From Eledone cirrhosa (lineage: Eukaryota): DNA of 64,000 nt. The position numbers and the translations under genes were made by a program. The notes beneath the pieces are model-generated. The model was not told the origin of the DNA, made no database searches, and saw only the letters and a list, made by a program, of their open reading frames with translations. Below are positions 55,424 to 64,000 of this stretch, piece after piece. Positions within the stretch are counted from its first letter, which is position 1. Each line of letters opens with the position of its first letter. The stretch covers positions 147,684,001 through 147,748,000 of the forward strand of contig OZ024741.1 of assembly GCA_964016885.1 (NCBI GenBank). The letters run 5' to 3'.

Positions 55424-55550
55424 CCATATTTCCCGGCGTCGAAGGCGCTACTTTTTTCCCTAAAATAAATCTCAAAAATCTACCATGCGTCCTGGAGGCC
55501 GAAGGTTGTTTATTATTATTTTTTCAAATTTTTGCCGCCGGGAAATACAG
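55424..55550. mobile_element. Tc1/mariner (pogo/Tigger-type) MITE
   Basis: TIRs CCATATTTCCCGGCG and CGCCGGGAAATACAG (13/15 match), flanked by TA on both sides. Confidence 0.8.
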
Positions 55551-56149
55551 TAAAATGTGTTCGTCTGGCTATAATCGACTAGAAACAGCAATGAAAAAAA
55601 CATAGTTGGTAATTGTTTATCATAGAAATGTGAGCAAAGTTCATATGTTTGAAACCTGAGGTATCACGGGAAAAAGCCTACTTAGCCTTACCCAGACGAA
55701 AGCTAGGAAATTCCGCAATTTATCATTCATCTTAATGTTATCTCCATAATTATGCAGTTGGTGTCAGTACATCTCCCAACAAGATATTATTTCTGCTCTG
55801 TTAACCTGGCTTTCACACACTGAAGCATTAACACTGCAGTAACTCAACCACTCTTACAACACGCGGGTTGCATTTACAAACAAAAGAAAAAGAAAAGAAA
55901 ACAGAAAAATTAATTCAAAAACAAACAAAAAAAGATCTATCGCCTTGCTTCTCCAAATTTTTATCGGTGAAGATTCTCATCAAGCATCTGCTAACGAAAT
56001 GTGTTAGTTTTTGAAGCCCCAACTTGTTCGAGCAACAATTCGGCAATCTTGGAAAAATTCTACATAAGTGGATATAATTCAGACTAGGAGTCAGACCTGT
56101 AGTGATTGAATGAATTTCTCCACAATTTAGCTGCTCATATTATAGATCA

Positions 56150-57230
56150 TCTTGCCCGTGTTGATCTACCAAAACTACCATAGGAGCTGTGTCGGCATCA
56201 CCGAGGCTCAAGTCGAAAGGCTTCAATACTGGACCTGTAATCAGTTCCACTCTGATGTACTCCGCTGGTTCAGGCGTGGCACTGACGGCCTTCGACCTCA
56301 GCACCTCAAGGATGGTATCTCCATATCGGCCGGTGACGACGGACTCGAGCTCTTGGAGAGTCTGACTCAGTTTGTGAATCGGTTCTCTTCAGTGAACATT
56401 CTGCCCTATATCTGCCCACTGTTCTTCCGTGCGAAATTATTCGGTTTCACTAAACCCAACGGAGACCTGCGCCCCATTGCGGTTGGTTGCACCCTTCGTC
56501 GTCTCACTACAAAGGTGTGTTTTCTATCGGTCTCTGAGTCACTGTCGCAGGAATTTTCCACCATCCAGCTGGGGGTGGGTACCAAGCTGGGACGTGAGAC
56601 TGCATAAATTCTAAGGCCACCTTCGACTCACTCTTCGACCAGTCGGATCAGTTTTCAAGGTGTCGCTTACTGTCTGCCAGCGCCAAATACCTAGGCCACT
56701 GGGTTGATGTCCTACTCGTGGCTAACGGGTAGGGCATCAACTTCGTGTATCCATTGCCCTCAGAGTGGGAGCTGACGTCTGTACGGGTCGGAGGTGTCGA
56801 TGTGACAAACTCCTCAACTCCACAGGCCTCCCCCGTCGTTCTTGCCGCCTGAATGCCGGTCACTTCGCGCATCACACAGAACTAAACTTCATTTTCAAGA
56901 GAGCTTTGGCCCGAGCATAAATCCTCTCAATTTTGGAACCGTGGATTGTCTAGAATTGATGAGAAAAATCTGAGGGCCTTGCCTTGTGTCCCTAGTCGAG
57001 AGGCAGGTGCCTTATCTGGGACGTCACAGTTAGTGACTCTTTTGCTTCTTCCCACATCCTGGATGTTGCGGTTAGGGCGCGAGCCACAGCTCCCGCAGCC
57101 GAACGGAACAAAATCCTAAAATACCGTGATCTCTCGGTAGAGATGTTTCCCAGTGCTCCTCGTGATTCTGTTATCTTTTTCTCCTGGTAGCGGCTCGGTT
57201 GTCCACCCCTTTCGCCTGCCTATTATTGTA
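56150..57230 (+). mobile_element. CRE-clade non-LTR retrotransposon, internally deleted
   Basis: GTDGLRPQHLKD, KPNGDLRPIAVGCTLRRL and QLGVG, then REL remnant GRCLIWDVTVSDSFA..AAERNKILKY. Confidence 0.8.
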
Positions 57231-57398
57231 AGTGGTCCCTGGTGTGTGTGCTAACCACTTCTGTGATTTTGCTTGTTTGTTTTTCTTTTTTCCTTTTCTC
57301 TTTCTTTTCCTCTTTCTTTTTTTCTTTTCCCTTTCCCTTTCCTTTATATCATATTTGTTTGTGCTTTCGTTCTGTAGGCTTTGTATTATTATATTTCT

Positions 57399-57748
57399 TT
57401 TTAAATATATACATAAATAACATTACAAATACGTAAATAACATAAATAAAAAGAAATATAATAATTATTTCTACTTTTGGCACAAGACCAGCAATTATCC
57501 CAATGCATTACTGGTACTTTATTTCATCGACCCCGTAAGGATGAAAGGCAAACCTCGGTGGGGTCTAAGTTCAAATCCCGCCGAGGTTAACTTTGCCTTT
57601 CATCCTTACGAGGTCGATGAAATAAAGTGCCAGTAATGCACTGGGATATTTGCTGGCCTTGTGCCAAAAGTAGAAATAATTATTATATTTCTTTTTATTT
57701 ATAATGTTATTTACGTATTTGTAATGGTATTTATGTATATATTTAAAA
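57399..57748. repeat. Fold-back duplication of a SINE 3' half plus its downstream flank
   Basis: Arms 57399-57562 and 57577-57748; 14-nt spacer holding the B-box remnant. Confidence 0.9.
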
Positions 57749-57829
57749 CATATTTGTAATATTATTCAACACTAAATAAAAAGTAGAAAATCAGACTGCA
57801 ATCCCAGGAAAATTATTCGTTCTACTGTC

Positions 57830-60800
57830 TTATCATCATCTGGCGGCCTCAGCCGAAATAGACACCACAATTGATCTCTACGTGAGTCAGTCGTTCACTG
57901 CTTTTGCTAAGTCCTGGATTGCAATAGCAGAATCTCTGGAGATGACATCGGGATAGGAGAGCTTGCGCCTCCTGTTATTAGTGACTGCTTGTGGTATCCA
58001 AAGTACTAATAGGGACACAGCCTCAGATGTGACATGATGGAAGTGGCCAGCAATTCTTGCTCTCCTTTTACATACAACAATATTTCTTTCAAAGGCAGAT
58101 GTCGCCAGCTTATGTCTGAATGTGTTGAAGTAGGTCAGGCGCTTTTGTTGTTTGGATGAAAGCGTCCATGTTTCACTTCCATATAGTAAAATTGGTTGAA
58201 TTGGTACTTGGAAGAGTCTGATTTTGGTGTGGTTGGAAAGATTTCAGCACCAAACTCGATCATTCTTGTTGCAAGCTGACCATGCTTGGGCCTTTCTGGT
58301 GGCAAAACCGTTCACAGAGTCCATGATCTCCGACCCAAGATATTTAAAATCCTCGACTTGCTTTATATCACTGCTTTTGATTGATTTGATGTTGTTGCCT
58401 GTACAGTTTGATATGCACTCTGTTTTATCCTCGTCTAGATGAACGTCAACGAGGGCGGCTGCTTTCTGGGGAGATGTCAAAAGTTGTTGCGCATTTTCTA
58501 GGCAATCTGCGAGAATCGCAATGTCATCCGCAAAGTCAAGGTCAGTGAGATGTTCAGAGGGGTGCATCGAGCTCATGCGAGGTTTGATGGTTATACCTTT
58601 ATTATTAATTTTGTCAATTGAGAGTCTCAGAGCGTAGTCAAGTGCAATGATAAAGAGGAATGGAGCATTCCTGCTTTTAGCCAACTTGTTGGAGAAGTTT
58701 GGTTGCAGATTGATAATAGCACTGAAAGAAGGTTTGGATCTTTCCAAATTACACTGGGTATGTTGTCGGGACCGGGTGATTCTTTGTTTTCAGGTGTTTT
58801 GATCATCTTGTTGATCTCACTCAAGGTGAAATGTTCAGTGGAGATGTCGAGTTCAGGTGATACCACAGACTTTGAGAGAACGCTTTCTACAGATGATAGT
58901 TCGCCCAGTAGACCCTTGACGTGGTCATTCCAGCTCCTTTTGCTAGCTCCTGAGAGCCTCCTTTGATGATGGGTGAAGGCGTCTCTTTTCTGCCAGTTAT
59001 TTCGTTGACTAGAGCCCATGCGACTGCGTGCTGTTTGTTTATATGAATGATCTTAAGTTTGTTTATTTTTCCTTCGACATACTCAGCTAAGCAGTTGTGT
59101 ACGCCTCATCAAGGTCTTTTTTGCATTAGGTCATTTAACTTTTCAGTAAACTAGTTGGATTTGGGTTGTACTGAGAAGAAAGACTTTGCAATTTGTTGCG
59201 CACTGAGGATACTAAGATATGTGAGCTCAATTTCGTGAGCTTCCTTTTGATCCTTTTGGGCAAGCTGGAAAGAACAACTTCCTCATTTGCAGCAATTAGA
59301 TTGGAGTGTTTAGTCTCAATGGAATCATCAGTTAAGGGTAGTTCAGAGAACCTATTGTAGACACTAATTGCATACCGGCTGGAGGGCTCCTTATTTGATG
59401 ACACTAGCCTCCAGTCAATTTGTCTCATAGGACAAATTTCTTAGGAGCGCGAAGGCTAAAAGTAACTTTGGAAGAGACACTCCTGTGATCAGATCCCACG
59501 TGAAAGAAGGACTAATATGTTTTAGAGTTGCGTACAATGTTTCGCCATTTTTTCCGAAATAGGATATAATCCAATTGAGCTCTACTACCGTTAGCGTAGG
59601 TGAATGACCAGAGCTTGCATTGTTTTTTCATGAAGCTATTTGTAGACGAGATGAGTTCAAATCCGTCAAGGAATTGGAGAAGTATTTCACCATTTCAGTT
59701 TGTTTCAGTGTTGAAGGTGAACTTTACATCGTCAGGGCCTAGTTTGGTATTGAAGTCGCCTGCAATAGTAAGGAAGTTATGGACAGGGACTTTTTTCAAT
59801 GACCGATCTCAGAGACTGACAGAAACTGGTTGCAGTTTTTTCTCATCACTGCTATTTGTTGGGTATAAATGTGAGTTTGGGATTTGAGTTGAACTTGGCA
59901 ACCATTATTCTATTGTCTCTTTTCAATGTTGTTGAGGTTCTCACGTGCCTTTGATGAGAGAAGCATATCGACTCCACAAATGGTGACGTTATTGGAGTTT
60001 TTGAATGCAGAGGTTGTGAGAAGCTGGAAATTGTCAGATTTGTAAACTTTAGGTCTACATCAGGATGGAAATGTCTATTCACTTGAAGACTGACGATGTA
60101 ATAACGTTGGATTTAGCGCTCGTTACTAGCTCATCAAGTCTGCCAAGAGGACAGAGGGATTTGACACTGAATGTGTTAAAGCGAGCAGGATGTTTACACT
60201 TTAGGAGAGGTTTTTATCTGCCTTCTGCTCTATCGAGAACAGTCTGCCTAGATAAGTCCAGGTTGAAGGCTAATCTGTCATTATTCTCAGAAGAGGGGAT
60301 GTGAGTTTCAGGAAAATCAGCTAAGGCAGTGACTTGAACCCTGGTGTAAATCAATGAATAGTCCATTTTTTCGATATCTGGATACAAGAGCGCATTGCCA
60401 GGACTGCACAGGCCATTTTTAAGCTACATACAGTTCCTATTTAGCCCATAGGTGAAGGCATTATTTATATGACTTCCAAGCGTCCTCTAGTTGGTTTTTC
60501 CATGTTTCTGGGATGTTTTCCTTCCTGGTATCTTTCATTGGCACTCTATCTCCAGACTGATGGCTTGGAAGCGCCTGCATAATCTAACTTTGCTCAGGCC
60601 CTAAATGGAAATCAGTCCCATACACACCCACACTCATACAGAATATACACATTTACACACTATTGGATGGCCGTTGACTTTTATCAATTCTTCCGCCCTT
60701 TGTCAGGCTTTGTTTTTCGTCACGCGGCGTGTCCAAAACCACCCTCCTCAATAAGCAAGCTTGGTGGGGTTGCCGGTTTGGTCACCGACGATCCGACCAT

Positions 60801-60848
60801 GCGACAGGTTGTACTGGAGTACTTGTAACACTCAAGAGCGACCTGACT
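57830..60848 (-). mobile_element. RTE-clade LINE, near full extent, heavily decayed
   Basis: APE motifs LTIAGDFNTK, AQLDYIL and VGSDHR; RT motifs SPGPDNIP, APFLFIIALD, DLDFADDIAIL and DFKYLGS; (GAT)n tail near 57833; 5' UTR extends to 60848. Confidence 0.85.
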
Positions 60849-61820
60849 TATGTTTCATAAAGTAATTTGCAATCAGAACAATAAAAATTAGAATCAGAAC
60901 AAAAAACATCTTACCTAAGAAATAAGATGTGTAGATATAATTAGATAAATCTCATTCAAAGTGTCTAGAAAATTGTTAAAATCTCATTTGAAGAACTACG
61001 TTTGACGACCTTTGTCATAAATTGTTTTCATTCTTTCAAAATGATTTCTCGCCTTCAGAAACGTAATCATTTACAGTTTTGCAAAACACTTGTTGTATTC
61101 ATAATTTGAGAAATTCCTATCTTCATTGTTACACCGTCTCTAAGATGGAATTCTTCGATTTGAAACCACAGGAAACGAATAATTTACGCCGGTTTTCAAG
61201 TCCATATTCGTATAAATTACATTTTTTTAAATCGTAGTAAAAGCAAATTTCACCTTCAAAATTCTAACAAAATCTATCAACATGACAAGTGTGAAAATAA
61301 CATTGTACCGAACCAATTTTTTCTTCATTAGAAAATTAAATCAAAACTTCTATATTGTTTCATCATATTAGATACATATTTTTAATAGAATTTACTACAA
61401 CCCGTAGTAAATTTCTGGCTATGTATGTGATGAGAAGTAGCTCTCATTCATACAGAAGAGACTACTTCTCATTGTTGATTTCATTTTCTAGTATCTTAGC
61501 ATATGTTGCATTGTCTCCTTATTCCGAGTGTTCGTCGAGATAGATGTGTGAAAAACCTGAGATTTTACGGGTATATATTTACGTTTTGTTTGTTTGTGAC
61601 AAGTTTACTGCCTTTTGTTTGATGTTATTCTGCTCATGTTAGATATAGCGTATCCTGGGAATTAGCCAGTGTAAACTTTGTACAAATGCAGGAAACAAGC
61701 AACCATCCATAGGGTATTTGCCATTTGGGTAATGTGGTTAGAAAATTTAAGGACATAATCACAGGAGAAATTTACGGGTAAAGCAGAGTGGTAGGATAAC
61801 ATCTGTAACCTCCGGTAGTC

Positions 61821-61932
61821 TCGCATCCATACACACGAATAAAACACACGCACATCGCATCCATACACACAAACAAAACACACGCACATCGCATTCATAC
61901 ACACGAACAAAACACGCACATCGCATTCATAC
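61821..61932. repeat. About 33-bp minisatellite, 3 copies
   Basis: CGCATCCATACACACGAATAAAACACACGCACAT-like unit repeated. Confidence 0.8.
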
Positions 61933-62189
61933 ATAACTCTTTCTTTCTATAATTTTTCCGAAGACTATCCTTACATAAATCCCTTGTATTCATACATTCT
62001 CTCATATAACCAACAACCTTTTTTGTTTACTTTTGTTAAATTACATTCTAACCAAGTGTCGTTTACAAACGATATCTTTACATATTGCTTGCAAACATCT
62101 CGGTTAAAGAACCAACAAATTCTACTACTTTATTCAATGTACGAGCTAGATATTCTATAATCGTCAAATATACTCTCGTCTCACGCTAC

Positions 62190-62960
62190 AGAAGCAAGGG
62201 GCCCGGTTGCTCCAGTACCTAACAGCCCTCACCAACTGTCTCGTCCGCGCCAACTTGCCCTGCCATGCCCACGATCTTGTCTTCTCAGCCAGTCTGTCCG
62301 CCGTAAGGAAGAATGACGGAGGTGTCCGAACGCATGGCGATGGGCAACGTCTTCCGACGACTTGCAAGTCAGTCAAAGAGGACCTGAGCGAGGTGCTAAA
62401 CCCTGTCCAGCTCAGAGTGTGAATCAAGTGCGGATATGAGGCTGCAGTATTCCATAGGGCACGCGCCTCCTTCGTCATCCCACCTCCTTATGAAGCTGGA
62501 CATGACATACGCTTTCAACAGCGTTCTTCCTCTTGAAGAACTGCTTCATCCTCCCCAGATTTATGTTCCCGCCGCACGGTTCACCTTGTCACCCCCATGC
62601 AGATCTTCTCGGTGAACTCTACGCTCCATCCGATGCTGTGCAGAACTCATGTGCAATGTGAGTTTCGACAGTGCCGGCTGGCAACAGGCGAAGCTACCAG
62701 CGAGGTACGGTGGCCTAGGCCTCAGACCCGCTTCGGATCTGGCTCTAGCGGCCTACCTTTCCTCAATCTCCTCCAGTAGCGTTCTCATCAGCGATGTCCT
62801 CAGCATGACGGTCGAACATGACGTTGCCCGTCTGAGGAAAGAGTCCCGTGAGATGGGGTGGCTGTTGCAGCGGGTATCGCTGGCAATTGTCTGTGGAAAA
62901 GGTCATGCGGTCTTTTCCGTTGGGCGCAGCTCCAACACCGCCACGCCCTAGACCCAGAGC
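62190..62960 (+). mobile_element. CRE-clade fragments with multiple deletions
   Basis: RKNDGGVR, KLDMTYAFNS, WQQAKLPARYGGLGLR and WLLQRVSLAIV. Confidence 0.7.
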
Positions 62961-63243
62961 CCATCCTCCTCCACTTCCCTCTCCCATTTTCTTTGACGCT
63001 AGAGCCCTTGCTTTTCCCTTCCTTTTCCGTTTTTAAATATTGATAAAGTTATTTTCACTGAAAAAAAAAGTAAAGATAATAATGTGTTAACTATATTGAC
63101 GTAATCTGCGAGAGTAATGCGTAAGATTTCAAATAGATTATTTCACTAAAAAGTTGATACACAGCGTTCTCTATTTGTGATTCAACCAGATATTTTCGAA
63201 GCTGCAAGAAGTAATATAAACATTTGGAGGAAAGAAAAAGATA

Positions 63244-64000
63244 ATGGATAACAAACAATATCCCATAGACTGTAATAACACTTTAGAGAAGTTAAGTTCT
63301 GAAATGGTGGATGTTATGTTTCCAGTAATAATGTATCTGACAATGATTATAGGGTTTGGATCAGTCGGAAATATCTTAGTATCTTATATATACTATTATA
63401 AATTTGAGAACACAGCTTCACATTTGTTGGTTGTAGCGCTTTCGATTTGCGATTTTCTTACTTGTATAATAAGCCTACCAATTGAAATTACGATTCTAAA
63501 TTTTCCATACACCTTTTACAGTGCTACTGCTTGCCGCCTCATGCGTTTTATTACTACTTCCACCGTAATCGCTTCATCATTGATTGTATTCATTATAGCA
63601 GTTGATAGATACTCACTTATCTGTCGACCTCTTCAAGTTCAATTTTCTCGTCAGAAGTCGAGGGAAATCATAGTATGTTTAATAATCACCGCCGCCATAT
63701 TAAGCCTGCCAAATGTTTATTTATACAACGCAGAACATCTCAACGTAAAAGACTGTGGAAATATTGGAAGAAAGTGTTCATTTACTGCGAAATTGAGTGG
63801 TACAATCTATCCTATAATCTATTATTGTGTATTGCTTCTTGTTTTTTTTGGTCTGTTTGTTTTTCTGGTGTTAATATATATAATGGTTGCAATACATATT
63901 TGGAGATTTTCCGCAAGAAATATGCTTAGACAGCAAGATGTAGAGCCAATTAAATATGCGCCCGAGATCCAAAATGAACCTTATAGTGGTACTGCTGGAG
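63244..64000 (+). CDS. Class A (rhodopsin-like) GPCR, neuropeptide-receptor-like; 3' end outside the window
   Basis: 252 uninterrupted codons from ATG 63244, with an in-frame TAA upstream at 63217. MDNKQYPIDCNNT (N-glycosylation sequon), TM1 GSVGNILV, TM2 ALSICDFL, TM3 ACRL..IAVDRYSLICRP, TM4 ILSLP, ECL2 Cys, TM5 ..LVLIY. Confidence 0.95.
   Translation, partial: MDNKQYPIDCNNTLEKLSSEMVDVMFPVIMYLTMIIGFGSVGNILVSYIYYYKFENTASHLLVVALSICDFLTCIISLPIEITILNFPYTFYSATACRLMRFITTSTVIASSLIVFIIAVDRYSLICRPLQVQFSRQKSREIIVCLIITAAILSLPNVYLYNAEHLNVKDCGNIGRKCSFTAKLSGTIYPIIYYCVLLLVFFGLFVFLVLIYIMVAIHIWRFSARNMLRQQDVEPIKYAPEIQNEPYSGTAG

Noticed and set aside
63675-63929. 84-aa ORF from the track
   Set aside because: It is an alternative frame inside the GPCR coding sequence.

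Overview
AT-rich animal DNA that looks like cephalopod (octopus-type) sequence; this is inferred from the SINE and microsatellite content. The window is almost entirely nested transposons and (TA)n/(CA)n/(GATA)n microsatellites. It holds Penelope-like elements, Helitrons, RTE, CRE and R4/Dong non-LTR elements, a full-length Tx1/L1-clade element with an intact ORF2 inside a (GATA)n tract, a decayed hAT (hATm-like) transposon, a Tc1/pogo-type MITE and tRNA-derived SINEs. The only host gene found is a class A GPCR starting at 63244 and running off the window; the ORF track misses it. The strongest unexplained signal is about a dozen loci, from roughly 8 unrelated sequence families, with one architecture: a minimal type I hammerhead ribozyme, 30-220 nt of tail, then a (TA)n tract. 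Most of these loci are duplicated as fold-back inverted repeats. Two families carry a compensatory U3-A8 core, and several have a long stem II or an unpaired 10.1-11.1 position. One SINE fold-back keeps its target-site duplication, which suggests a self-primed copy-back mechanism during retrotransposition. All structures were read by eye; nothing was folded or searched computationally.
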